From positions 63,465-113,196 of the forward strand of contig JBHLMQ010000007.1 in the NCBI GenBank assembly GCA_048938005.1: DNA of 49,732 bases, written 5' to 3'. The first letter of the stretch is position 1. Each line of letters starts with the position of its first letter. Made by a program: the position numbers and the translations under genes. The notes beneath the pieces were generated by a model. It saw only the letters and a list, made by a program, of their open reading frames with translations. It made no database searches and had not been told where the DNA came from. Source of the stretch: Promethearchaeota archaeon. Its GTDB lineage: Archaea > Asgardarchaeota > Lokiarchaeia > Sigyniarchaeales > SOKP01. Positions 18,636 through 28,756 of the stretch are shown one piece after another.

Positions 18636-19415
18636 ATGCATTTTCTTAAAAGAATTGTTGAATCGCCAATTTTAGATGATCCAGCAGAAAATTATAAAAG
18701 TGTCCATCGGCATTTCTACAGATATTCTAGAGGTGAATTTATCGGCCCTGTAATGAGAATTTCTCAAACAAAAGCAAAATTGACCCTTAAGGGGAGTCAT
18801 GAATATGAAGATTTGATTCTTGAGATTGTTTCTACTGGAATCTCGAATCCTGAAGAAATTTTTGAAATTAAAGGGAAATTGATAGCTGGTGATGATATTA
18901 GTGAAATAATAACAGAATTGGGATTTAATTGGGAACTGAAACAATCTTCAGGTCAAACAAAAAATTTTACAGCGGAGATTGTTGATAAGATAAATAAAGA
19001 CAAATTATTAGAGAGTATTGAAGCATTTCGTGAAAATAGTTATTTTTTGTTATCATTCAACTTAAATCCAAATTGTAGGATTACAACCAAAAAGAATATT
19101 CCTCAACCCCCTAAGAAAATTGAGGCAGGTGATGTAAACAAGAGGATTCAATTTTGTACAGGATATATTAATAATACAGAAAAAAACCTAAAAAATGCTT
19201 TAAGTGCTGCTTTATCTGATTTTGAGGTAGAACTCCCCAAAAAATGGAAAACAATCACGATTTTTAATACTTATAAAATAACTAATATTGAAATTCCTAA
19301 AAATATCACAAATTCAAGATTATTAAGAATAATGGCGATAAGAAAAGGTAAGATATTTCGAACTATTGATATAGATGGCGAAATTATAGAAAAGCAATAT
19401 TCTATTGTTGTTTAA
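18636..19415 (+). CDS. Conserved-looking hypothetical protein upstream of TFE
   Basis: 259-aa soluble ORF with N-terminal VHRHFYRYSRGEF and C-terminal RKGKIFRTIDIDG; no function recognised. Confidence 0.75.
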   Translation: MHFLKRIVESPILDDPAENYKSVHRHFYRYSRGEFIGPVMRISQTKAKLTLKGSHEYEDLILEIVSTGISNPEEIFEIKGKLIAGDDISEIITELGFNWELKQSSGQTKNFTAEIVDKINKDKLLESIEAFRENSYFLLSFNLNPNCRITTKKNIPQPPKKIEAGDVNKRIQFCTGYINNTEKNLKNALSAALSDFEVELPKKWKTITIFNTYKITNIEIPKNITNSRLLRIMAIRKGKIFRTIDIDGEIIEKQYSIVV

Positions 19416-19506
19416 GGATTAGAATTAAATTTTTTTTACCCAAATTTTCAAAAAAATTTAATTTGTATAAAAGATAATAAATTATCAAGTTAAAATCAAA
19501 TAGCGA

Positions 19507-20097
19507 ATGAGGCTAAGTCATATTAAAGAATTGGATCCTTCCTTACGATCTCTTTTATACATTATTGGTGGTGAAATCGCTATCTATGTTGGAATGGAAT
19601 TATTAAATTCCGAATCTGAAGATATTACTGATGAAGATATAACAGAGAATATAAAAGAAAATATTGAAGGGAAAGATATCGACTTCGAACCAGATGATTC
19701 TGAAATTCTAAAATTAAATACTGTTCGAAAAACGCTTTATAAACTATATTCTGAGAAGTTAGCTCAATTTAGACGTATAAGAGATAAATCTACTGGATGG
19801 TTCATCTATTATTGGTGGCATGAATTTGACTTACTCGAAGAAATTCTTCTTGAAAAAAAGAAATTGATTGAAAGTAAGTTAAGGGATAGATTGCAATTTG
19901 AAGAAAATCATTACTTCTTTATATGTAAGAATTGTGAAGATTCAAACATGAAATATAATTTTGATGAGGCTTTTGAGCTCAATTTTAGATGTCCTGATTG
20001 TGGAGATCCCCTCGAAGCTCAGGATAATCAAGCAATAATTGAATTTTTAAAGAACAAGATTGCATTAATACAAAAAACCAAAATATCAATTGGTTAA
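19507..20097 (+). CDS. tfe: Transcription factor E (TFE-alpha)
   Basis: Winged helix KLNTVRKTLYKL...RIRDKSTGWFIYYW, Zn ribbon CKNC...FRCPDCG. Confidence 0.95.
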   Translation: MRLSHIKELDPSLRSLLYIIGGEIAIYVGMELLNSESEDITDEDITENIKENIEGKDIDFEPDDSEILKLNTVRKTLYKLYSEKLAQFRRIRDKSTGWFIYYWWHEFDLLEEILLEKKKLIESKLRDRLQFEENHYFFICKNCEDSNMKYNFDEAFELNFRCPDCGDPLEAQDNQAIIEFLKNKIALIQKTKISIG

Positions 20098-20190
20098 GAG
20101 TATGTATTGATGTTTAACAAATTTTACGACTAGAATTCAATTCTATTAATTAGAATACAAATTTTTTTAACTTTTAATTAAAAATTTATT

Positions 20191-22233
20191 ATGAAAGAAA
20201 AGAATAATCTTACAAATTTAAGATTTGGTACGTGTACAAAAGATTGTTATGGTTCATGTGTATTTAAGGGGCTTTGGAATGATGAAGCTCGAGAACATAA
20301 ATTTATATGCGCTGTTCCCTTGAAAGATCATCCATTTACTAATGGATTTTTTTGTCCGAAATATAATCGCAGACAAGATTTATTATATCACACTGAGCGT
20401 TTAAAAAATCCATTAATTCGAATTGGAGCGAAATCCGAAAATAATTTTAAACCTATTTCTTTACAAGACGCCATCGATGTCATAATCAAAAAAATAATAG
20501 ATATCAAAAAAAGAAAGAATCCAACCTCAATTTTGGGAGCTTATTATTCTGGTAATTCAGGCTTAATAACAATGTATGCACCATTAAGATTCTTTGGCAA
20601 ACTAGGAGCCACCGTCACTAGTGGTGGGATATGTAATGAAGGTGGTTGCGCAGGACTTACAGAATTATTCGGTACATATTCTACTACGAATCCCTTTCAG
20701 CTAAATAATCCCTCAAATCAATTAATTGTGATTTGGGGATCTAACCTCTCAGAAAGTAATATTCATGCTTACTATATAGTAAAACAAGCTATAAAGTCAG
20801 GAGCTAAACTTGTCGTAGTGGATTCTCGACGCACTATAATAGCTGAAAAAGCTCATTGTTTTCTACATATCTTCCCTGGAACTGAACATTTATTGGTTAA
20901 AATGATAATTAACGAGATAGTATCTAAAAAAAAATATGATGAAGATTTTTTGAATAATCATGTTGATTTCTACTCGTCTATTTTCTTAGAAGTAGCCAAA
21001 ATCGATAGAAAGAAGTTGCTATCTCAAATTGGAATTAATAATCAAACATTTCTAAAATTTGTTGAATTATTAATACAGTTCAAACACCATACTTTATTTA
21101 ATATTGGATATGGCATTCAAAAAGATTTCCATGGCGGTAGAATAGTAAGATGTATTGCCTTAATACAAATCTTACTTGGAAATATTGGAAAGACAGGTAC
21201 AGGTTTGATCTATTCTCAGAGTGATTTTTTAGAACCGCTACTTCGACCTCTTAAAAATTATATTATTCAAAATAAATCCAAATCCGTAATAAAAGAAATT
21301 AAATTAATAGAACTTGGTACAGCGTTATCATCTGGGAATTATGAGCTGTTATTTGTATATAATTTCAATCCTGCCAGCTCATTACCTAATCAAAATCAAT
21401 TAAGGAAAGAATTCTTGAATAAAAACTTATTTATAGTGGTGTTGGATATGTTCTTAAATGAAACAACTAAATATGCTGATATTGTTATCCCGGCAAAATT
21501 TGATTTAGAAGCAAATGATTTAATATCTGCTTATTATATACCGAGCTTATCGATTAATATTGGAGGTCCATGCCCATATCAAAATTGTTTATCTAATTAT
21601 GAGTTCTTCCAGCAATTAGCTTGGAAATTAGGTTTTGAAGACTCCTCAATTTTTCAAGAATCAGAAGAGACTATTTTTAATAATTGTATTAAAATGCTAC
21701 CATTAGCTATTCAAAAAGATCTTAATACGAAAGGTTATTATGTATTATTCAATAATGAGGATGTTCCTTTTAATAATTTAGAGTTTCCTACTCCCAATAA
21801 TCATATTCAAGCTTTTGGCCCGCATTTTAAATTTGGAGAAAATGAATTGAAGCGTAAATTAAACATGAAAAAAAATGAATTTTTACTTATTTCTCCTTCT
21901 CATTTATACTTCTTACATTCTCAATTAGGGCAGTTAAATACCAGATATTTAAATGAATTCAGTAAAATTTTTTTGACATCAGAAGATATTGAAACCTTAA
22001 ATTTAAAAATAGGTTGTAAAGTTCTTGTTTCTAATGAATACGGATCTGAAGTATACAACTTGGCTGAATCTCCTATATTAAAGCCTAAAACAGCATTAAT
22101 ATATTCTGGTTTATCTTCAACTTCAGAGGGAAATCCAAATGTGAACTGTTTTATTCCTGGCACACCAGAAGAAATGGGATTTTCTGGAGCATATAATTCT
22201 GCAATAGTTAAAATTAAAAAGTTGAACTCTTAA
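20191..22233 (+). CDS. Molybdopterin-dependent oxidoreductase (DMSO reductase family) catalytic subunit
   Basis: N-terminal CTKDCYGSC...CPK [4Fe-4S] motif, WGSN, DSRRT, PGT, ETTKYADIVIPA and C-terminal molydop-binding region. Confidence 0.9.
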   Translation: MKEKNNLTNLRFGTCTKDCYGSCVFKGLWNDEAREHKFICAVPLKDHPFTNGFFCPKYNRRQDLLYHTERLKNPLIRIGAKSENNFKPISLQDAIDVIIKKIIDIKKRKNPTSILGAYYSGNSGLITMYAPLRFFGKLGATVTSGGICNEGGCAGLTELFGTYSTTNPFQLNNPSNQLIVIWGSNLSESNIHAYYIVKQAIKSGAKLVVVDSRRTIIAEKAHCFLHIFPGTEHLLVKMIINEIVSKKKYDEDFLNNHVDFYSSIFLEVAKIDRKKLLSQIGINNQTFLKFVELLIQFKHHTLFNIGYGIQKDFHGGRIVRCIALIQILLGNIGKTGTGLIYSQSDFLEPLLRPLKNYIIQNKSKSVIKEIKLIELGTALSSGNYELLFVYNFNPASSLPNQNQLRKEFLNKNLFIVVLDMFLNETTKYADIVIPAKFDLEANDLISAYYIPSLSINIGGPCPYQNCLSNYEFFQQLAWKLGFEDSSIFQESEETIFNNCIKMLPLAIQKDLNTKGYYVLFNNEDVPFNNLEFPTPNNHIQAFGPHFKFGENELKRKLNMKKNEFLLISPSHLYFLHSQLGQLNTRYLNEFSKIFLTSEDIETLNLKIGCKVLVSNEYGSEVYNLAESPILKPKTALIYSGLSSTSEGNPNVNCFIPGTPEEMGFSGAYNSAIVKIKKLNS

Positions 22234-22259
22234 AATAGGCAAAACAACGAAGAAAGGAT

Positions 22260-22793
22260 TTATTTCTTCTTTTTAATAAACGCAATATCACCAAGAGAAG
22301 TCCCAGTTGATCTCTTCATATATTTATTATCTTGAATATTAGATTCAATTTCATCCGCTTCTTTTAATAATTTTATTTTGTACACATCTTCTATTTTTTT
22401 AGCCAATTTAATTGTAGGTTCTACCTTTCCAGCTTCAATTCTTCTAAGCAATGAAGGTTTTTCATTCAACTTCTGGGCAAATTGATCTTGATTGAGTCCA
22501 CGTGAATTCCTTGCATTTCTGATTTTTGCAGCATAATCAGGAATTAATTCTAATTCGTCGATTTTATCCTTTTTTGACATTTGCCGTTTTATAGGTCTTG
22601 CTTTTTTGTGGGAGTATGGTTTTTTAATATGTGTTTTTATAGGTAGTTTATAGATTTTTGTACCATGCTGAGCACAATTATGACATACTGTCATCTTAAC
22701 TCCTTCTAATAAAACTTTTTGTCCCTTACCCCAGATAATGCTCCCACATATAGGACATTCCTTATCAATTTCATTATATCGTGGTTTTGACAT
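22260..22793 (-). CDS. mbf1: Archaeal multiprotein bridging factor aMBF1
   Basis: CPICG...VCHNC Zn ribbon, HTH IRNARNSRGLNQDQFA...RIEAG and C-terminal SLGDIA. Confidence 0.93.
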   Translation of the reverse strand: MSKPRYNEIDKECPICGSIIWGKGQKVLLEGVKMTVCHNCAQHGTKIYKLPIKTHIKKPYSHKKARPIKRQMSKKDKIDELELIPDYAAKIRNARNSRGLNQDQFAQKLNEKPSLLRRIEAGKVEPTIKLAKKIEDVYKIKLLKEADEIESNIQDNKYMKRSTGTSLGDIAFIKKKK

Positions 22794-23038
22794 AAAAATT
22801 TCTTAAAAGTGAATAATTGAAAGAAAGATTTTATATGTATAGAATTTGATTAAAAACTCTTATAATTTACGGTTTATTAGCATTATAATTTATAATCTAA
22901 AAATTTTTTTTAAATTCGACATTTTTAGGTATTAGTCCAGAATTTACCTTAAATTTAAATGATTAAAAGTTTATTATTAAATTATAGATTTTTCTTAAAA
23001 TTGTATATTACAGTGAGAAAAGAAGGGGTATACTATTT

Positions 23039-24247
23039 TTGACTACAACTAAGGAAAAGAAGAAAAAAGAAGAAAGCAAAGACGGAGAATATCTTATAAC
23101 ATATACCAGGCATCTAGAAAAACGACTCCGTAACCTAGAAACAGAAAAGCAATTGTTAGATGCAGAACGTTTAAGATTGGAACAAGAATTACACAGCTTA
23201 AGAAATGAAATTGACAGATTAAGAGAACCTCCATTAGTATCGGCAACAATAATAGATTTTTTAGATGAAAAGGGGAGAGCAATTGTAAAAAGTTCAACGG
23301 GACCTAGTTTTGTAGTAAATACGAGTAGAAAAGTAAAAAATGAAAAATTAACTTCAGGAATGAGAGTTGCATTAAACCAAAGAACATTTGCAATTATGGA
23401 AGTTTTACCTACAAAATTGGATCCATTTGTTAAAGGGATGGAGGTAATTGATTCAATTCCTGATATATCGTATGCTGATGTTGGAGGGCTAGAAGAACAA
23501 ATGCAAGAAGTAAGAGAAACTGTAGAATTACCATTGAAGAAGCCGGAATTATTTAAAAGAATTGGAATTGAACCGCCTAAAGGAGTTTTACTATTTGGTG
23601 CTCCTGGTACTGGCAAAACCTTATTAGCGAAGGCAGTTGCTCATGAAACTGAAGCGACATTTATAAGAATTATTGGATCTGAGTTAGTTCAAAAATTTAT
23701 TGGTGAAGGTGCTCGCTTGGTAAGAGAAATCTTTAATATGGCAAAAGACAAAGCCCCTACAATATTGTTTATAGATGAATTGGACGCAATAGGTTCTCAA
23801 AGGTTAAAAATTGCCACATCAGGAGATAGAGAAGTTCAAAGAACGCTTATGCAATTATTAAGCGAATTAGATGGATTTGAACAAAGAGGAGATGTGAAAA
23901 TCATTGGTGCAACCAATAGAATCGATATTTTGGATCCGGCATTATTAAGGCCGGGTAGATTTGACCGTATGATTGAATTTCCAATTCCAGATGAAGTTGC
24001 TCGTGAGGCGATTTTTAAAATTCATACAAGAAATTTGAATTTCGAAGAGACTTTGGATTATAAAAAACTAGTAAATCAAACAGAAGGAGCTACAGGTGCC
24101 GACATCAAGGCAATTTGTACAGAGGCAGGAATGTTTGCAATTAGAAAAGACGCTGATTTTATCACTAACAAAGATTTTATTGATGCTGTATATAAAGTAA
24201 TGAATAAAGTAAAAGATCAGTTGGTAGAATCTAGACTATATTCTTAG
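23039..24247 (+). CDS. pan: Proteasome-activating nucleotidase
   Basis: N-terminal coiled coil, GAPGTGKT, FIDELD, RPGRFDR and C-terminal HbYX (LYS); TTG start. Confidence 0.97.
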   Translation: MTTTKEKKKKEESKDGEYLITYTRHLEKRLRNLETEKQLLDAERLRLEQELHSLRNEIDRLREPPLVSATIIDFLDEKGRAIVKSSTGPSFVVNTSRKVKNEKLTSGMRVALNQRTFAIMEVLPTKLDPFVKGMEVIDSIPDISYADVGGLEEQMQEVRETVELPLKKPELFKRIGIEPPKGVLLFGAPGTGKTLLAKAVAHETEATFIRIIGSELVQKFIGEGARLVREIFNMAKDKAPTILFIDELDAIGSQRLKIATSGDREVQRTLMQLLSELDGFEQRGDVKIIGATNRIDILDPALLRPGRFDRMIEFPIPDEVAREAIFKIHTRNLNFEETLDYKKLVNQTEGATGADIKAICTEAGMFAIRKDADFITNKDFIDAVYKVMNKVKDQLVESRLYS

Positions 24248-24310
24248 TATTTAAAAAATATAATGTATATATCTTCCTAGTGGTTTTTTAATAAAATAAC
24301 TCTTTCATTT

Positions 24311-24802
24311 ATGGAAACTGCATTTTTAATAGGCTTGAGACAAATTAAAGCCATATCAGACTATCAATTTGGTAAAGAGATTACCGATATACTTTTTGAT
24401 GATATTGAACAGATACATTTTGAAAGATCACCAAATACACACAAAATTAGATATATCTATTATAAAAACAATTTATTACTTACCTTAAGACCCACTAATG
24501 GTTTTTTTACTTTAACTCTCTACTCTGCTCAAAAATTAATTAATAAAATTAGTCCTCCAAAATTACGGATTATAGTATTAAATGATATATCTGAATTTAT
24601 AAAAAAAGGAAGGAATGTTTTTTGTAAACATGTTACTGATATTGATGAAGATTTAAGACCCTTAGATGAAGTAATTATAGTAAATCAAAATGATGAATTA
24701 TTAGGTATCGGTAAATTAAAAATTCCTGTTTCTTATGTAAAATCATTCTCTTATGGTATTGCAGTTAATGTAAGAAAAGGAATTTATAAATCAAAAATTT
24801 AA
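24311..24802 (+). CDS. PUA-domain protein (archaeosine TGT C2/PUA-like)
   Basis: DYQFG, KIRYIY, GRNVFCKHV, LRPLDEVIIV, AVNVRKG. Confidence 0.88.
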   Translation: METAFLIGLRQIKAISDYQFGKEITDILFDDIEQIHFERSPNTHKIRYIYYKNNLLLTLRPTNGFFTLTLYSAQKLINKISPPKLRIIVLNDISEFIKKGRNVFCKHVTDIDEDLRPLDEVIIVNQNDELLGIGKLKIPVSYVKSFSYGIAVNVRKGIYKSKI

Positions 24803-24856
24803 ACCTCGCATTATTATATATTTTAAGATACTCAACAGTTTTAGAAGTGAAAAAAT

Positions 24857-25336
24857 TTGGTTAAATTGCCAAAAGAAATGCAAAACAAAGTGAAAAACAA
24901 ACCTAAACGCCCACAACCAGTCAAAACGAGAGAGGGACAACAATTTGGGTCAAGACAGATGCGTAGAAGGATGGCACAAAAAGGTATCGATATGGAACCA
25001 ATAGATGCTACTAGAGTAATAATAGAAGGATCGGATAAAACGTTGCTTATCGAACAACCTGAAGTAGTTCTGATGAAACAAGCAGGTCAAGAAATATATC
25101 AGGTAATAGGGCAAGCAGAAGAAGTTTCTCCTGAAAGTGTTTCAATCAAAAGTGATGAAATTATTGAAAAAGTTCTACCAATTGAAGAATCTGAAGTAAA
25201 ACCAACAATAACAGAAAATGATATAATTTTAGTTGCTTCACAAGCAAATGTAGATAAGAAAGAAGCCGAATCTGTATTAAAAGAATGTAATGGAGATATC
25301 GCCAAAGCGATTTTGTTTTTAAAGAATAGACCTTAA
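24857..25336 (+). CDS. nac: Nascent polypeptide-associated complex (aNAC) with UBA domain
   Basis: RQMRRRMAQKGIDM, YQVIG, DIILVASQA...GDIAKAIL; TTG start. Confidence 0.93.
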   Translation: MVKLPKEMQNKVKNKPKRPQPVKTREGQQFGSRQMRRRMAQKGIDMEPIDATRVIIEGSDKTLLIEQPEVVLMKQAGQEIYQVIGQAEEVSPESVSIKSDEIIEKVLPIEESEVKPTITENDIILVASQANVDKKEAESVLKECNGDIAKAILFLKNRP

Positions 25337-25415
25337 GATCGAAGCATTTCTCAAATAATAAAAGTTAAGAATTATAATATTTTTATTATTCAAAAAGCAT
25401 ACAATTTGGTTTGAT

Positions 25416-25769
25416 ATGTCAAAAATTAAGAAAAAACAATTAGATCGCATATCTACTCTTTCAGAATTTGATATAAAATTCGAAAAAATCATTCAATTCT
25501 CTGGTTGGATTTTCTTATTTGCTCTTGTGGGTTTTATGGGGGCATGGATACTTTTTGATTTCGTTTTGGAAATGATAGATTTAGAATTAACAGCTTCGAC
25601 ATTTACTTTTATTATCTTTACTGGCACAAACTCTGCAATTAGTTTTGCTTTAGCTACAAAAATTAAAAACAATAGAGATAAGAAAAAAGAATTTTTTCAT
25701 GATTGGCTGATTGGAGAATTTTTATTTTGCATGTTTGCGATTTTTGCGGTTGCTGTTTATGTATGGTAA
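25416..25769 (+). CDS. 3-TM membrane protein, candidate OST2/DAD1-like
   Basis: 117 aa with three hydrophobic segments, the last ending at the C-terminus. The gene is clear; the DAD1 resemblance is tentative (see findings). Confidence 0.55.
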   Translation: [117 protein letters not shown]

Positions 25770-25816
25770 ATACTTCTTACTATCAACTTTTTAAAAAGAA
25801 AGATGAAAATTAGTCA

Positions 25817-26146
25817 TTATTTATAGTCTTCTCTAGAAGGATTAAATATATCAATAACTTCTGTGTTTTCTAATATTAACGCTCCATGTTTTTCATTAGA
25901 ATCAAAGACATAACTATCTCCTTCTTTGGCTATAAATTCGCTATTTTCTGTTATAAATTTAAGTCTTCCTTTAAGTACATATCCGATCTGGTGTTCTTTA
26001 TGACTGTGTATGGGAATTTCGGCATTTTTCTCAAGTATAAAATGGCATAGCATCAAAGAATCATTATATATTAAAGTTCTTCGAAAAACTCCTTCTAAAG
26101 CTTTTATTGGACGTACATTTTCTTTATTTATAATATTTTTTGTCAT
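25817..26146 (-). CDS. Cupin-domain protein
   Basis: HSHKEHQIGYVLKG...EKHG and DIFNPSREDY. Confidence 0.9.
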   Translation of the reverse strand: MTKNIINKENVRPIKALEGVFRRTLIYNDSLMLCHFILEKNAEIPIHSHKEHQIGYVLKGRLKFITENSEFIAKEGDSYVFDSNEKHGALILENTEVIDIFNPSREDYK

Positions 26147-26574
26147 GATAGATGTTCATTTTAAAAGATTTCTATAAAAATTTTTCATTTAAATATACTT
26201 ATTATTACTTCTTATAAATTTTTTATAGCAAATTTTTGAGAAATATAGAGTATGTCTTCGACATAAATTTATGTAATTTGTAATCACAGAGTTTATAAAT
26301 TAGAAATTGAAAACACTCCAAATAATTAAGAATTTTTTCGTGGTTTTAATACACAGTTTTTAAACAATCAAATAAAGAGTTAATAAAATAAATTTAAATT
26401 GGAAAAATAAATAAATTTTTATATCAAAAGAGGTAAAATATTAACGATAATAAACAGTTAATAATTCTCTTAATTCAGTTCCCTTTACCGACAAAATTTT
26501 TTAATTAAATATAGTATATAATTCCATTATTTTACAAAAAAATTTAGAAAAATTGAGAAAGAGGATGTTTTACA

Positions 26575-28710
26575 TTGGTATTGGTATCAGATTCAAAACC
26601 ATTAAAAGAAAAAGAAGTTGAAAAAATAAGACGTAAATATTTGACAAAATTATTACCGCGAGTTTTTAGAACTGAGGGTGACGTAGCACCATTCGATCCT
26701 GTAAAAATCGAACAAAGTCTTATAAAAGAAACAGGCTTAGATCAAAAATCTGCTGATAAGATCACTGAATTAGTCGTTAGGAGAATAATATCTTCTGGGA
26801 TTAGATTCTTATCTGGCCCTCATATTAGAGAAATCGTGTGTTCAATATTATCAGAACAACATTTTGAAGATGAGCGTAAAATATATACAAGAATAGGAAT
26901 GCCATTAATGGATTATGAGGCAATTTTAGAACATGGAGTAGATGAAAATGCAAATCAAGATATGAATCCTGAAAGTATTCATCATTGGGCAGCAAATAGA
27001 ATATCTGATGAATATGCTTTATTAAGAATTTTAGATTCTGAAGAAGCTCATGCTCATTTATATGGTGATATCCATGTACATATGTTACGATATTTCGATT
27101 TGCGTCCTTTTTGCCAAGAATGGGACCCCCGAATGATCCTTGAACATGGATTACCTCCAGTAGAGAGTTGGGCACATTGTAGCAAATCAGGGCCAGCAGG
27201 AAGCTTACGTGTAGCTGTAACTCACCTTGCTAAGTGGCTTGGAATAATTCAGGGTGAATTTTCAGGGGGGCAAGGTTATGATTATATAACTACTTTTTTA
27301 GCTCCCTATGTGCGTGGTATTACTGATAGAGAAATTGAACAATCAATGCAGTGTTTAATTTTTGAAACCAATCAAATATTTGCAGCGAGAGGAGGACAAG
27401 TACCATTTACTTCAATCTCATGTACCCCAACCGTGCCTGATGGCTTGTTAAATATTTCTGCGGTTGGGCCACATGGAAAAATAGTAGGGACATATGGTAA
27501 TTATAGAGATGAATGCCTTAGACTCTTTGATGCTTTAACTGATGTATACATTCAGGGGGATCATAATGGAAAACTTTTTGCGTTTCCAAAACATGAAATT
27601 AAGATTAAAAAAGAATGGTTGCGAGAATTTGAGCCTTCTTACTTAAAAATAATGGAAGAAGTAGCAACAATGGGGACCCCATATTTCCTTAATATGTGTC
27701 CAGCTTGGATGCCAGATGAAATTCATAGCCAATGTTGTAGAAAATTTTTGAGTGGAAATCAAATTATTGAGCAGTGTATTCTTGATCCTGAAAAGAGGAG
27801 AAATGCAAATATATGGGAGAATTATGTAACTATTGGTTCACTACAAAGTGTTAGTTTAAATCTTCCTCGCTATTCTTATTTGTCTAATGATGAGGATGAC
27901 TATTTTATATTATTGGATGAGAAAATGGAACTGTCTGCCAGAATTTTATGTAAAAAGTGGAATTTAATGGAAAAAAGATTAAAAACTGGACATCTCCCTT
28001 TATGTAGCGGCAAAATAAATGGTGAACCTATTTTTAATTTAAAAGATCAAAACCTCTCAATAGGATTTACCGGTTTAAATGAAGCTGTGAGAAGTTTAAC
28101 GGGATATGAATTACATGAAGATGATACTGCTTATGAGCTGGGAAAAAAGATATTAAAATATATGGTCGCAAAATGCAATACCATGACAGAAAGAGATAAA
28201 AAGTCCTATTCTCTATGGGAACAACCAGCAGAAAGCTCAAGTGGTCGCTTTGCTCGATTAGATTTGAAGCATTTTCCTAAAAAAGCTGTTGTTCAATCAT
28301 CTGGTAAATCTGCTTATTATACCAATTCTGGTCATTTTCGATATGATGCTGAGATTCCATTATCAGTACGAATCAAAAAACAAGGTGATTTTCATCCAAT
28401 TGTTAATGGTGGCGTAATTTCCCATATTTGGCTTGGAGAGCAAAAACCGGATATTTATGGCTTATGGGAACTCACAAAGAACATTTGTCTTAATACAAAC
28501 ACCGCATATTTCGCGTATTCACCAGACTTTACTTATTGTCCTCATTGCAGAAAAATGTTTCGAGGTGGTACTTTTACTTGTCCACAATGTCAATCAAGAG
28601 ATGTAAAAGTGTATTCAAGAATTACGGGATATTATAGTGAAGTAAATAGATATAATCCTGGAAAAAGAGCTGAATGGAAAACTCGTAAACGAGAAACTCT
28701 CTTTGGTTAA
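26575..28710 (+). CDS. nrdD: Anaerobic (class III) ribonucleoside-triphosphate reductase with ATP cone
   Basis: ATP cone FDPVKIEQSL, HLYGDIHVH, SGGQG, SQCCR, YYTNS, CPHC/CPQC and glycyl-radical loop RITGYY; TTG start. Confidence 0.96.
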   Translation: MVLVSDSKPLKEKEVEKIRRKYLTKLLPRVFRTEGDVAPFDPVKIEQSLIKETGLDQKSADKITELVVRRIISSGIRFLSGPHIREIVCSILSEQHFEDERKIYTRIGMPLMDYEAILEHGVDENANQDMNPESIHHWAANRISDEYALLRILDSEEAHAHLYGDIHVHMLRYFDLRPFCQEWDPRMILEHGLPPVESWAHCSKSGPAGSLRVAVTHLAKWLGIIQGEFSGGQGYDYITTFLAPYVRGITDREIEQSMQCLIFETNQIFAARGGQVPFTSISCTPTVPDGLLNISAVGPHGKIVGTYGNYRDECLRLFDALTDVYIQGDHNGKLFAFPKHEIKIKKEWLREFEPSYLKIMEEVATMGTPYFLNMCPAWMPDEIHSQCCRKFLSGNQIIEQCILDPEKRRNANIWENYVTIGSLQSVSLNLPRYSYLSNDEDDYFILLDEKMELSARILCKKWNLMEKRLKTGHLPLCSGKINGEPIFNLKDQNLSIGFTGLNEAVRSLTGYELHEDDTAYELGKKILKYMVAKCNTMTERDKKSYSLWEQPAESSSGRFARLDLKHFPKKAVVQSSGKSAYYTNSGHFRYDAEIPLSVRIKKQGDFHPIVNGGVISHIWLGEQKPDIYGLWELTKNICLNTNTAYFAYSPDFTYCPHCRKMFRGGTFTCPQCQSRDVKVYSRITGYYSEVNRYNPGKRAEWKTRKRETLFG

Positions 28711-28756
28711 TTTTTACTTTTCTATTTTTTAAATATTATCCTATAATATTATATAT

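Noticed and set aside
26147-26574. Long AT-rich spacer upstream of nrdD as an origin or operator array
   Set aside because: There are no ORB-like or convincing repeated boxes beyond what AT richness would generate.
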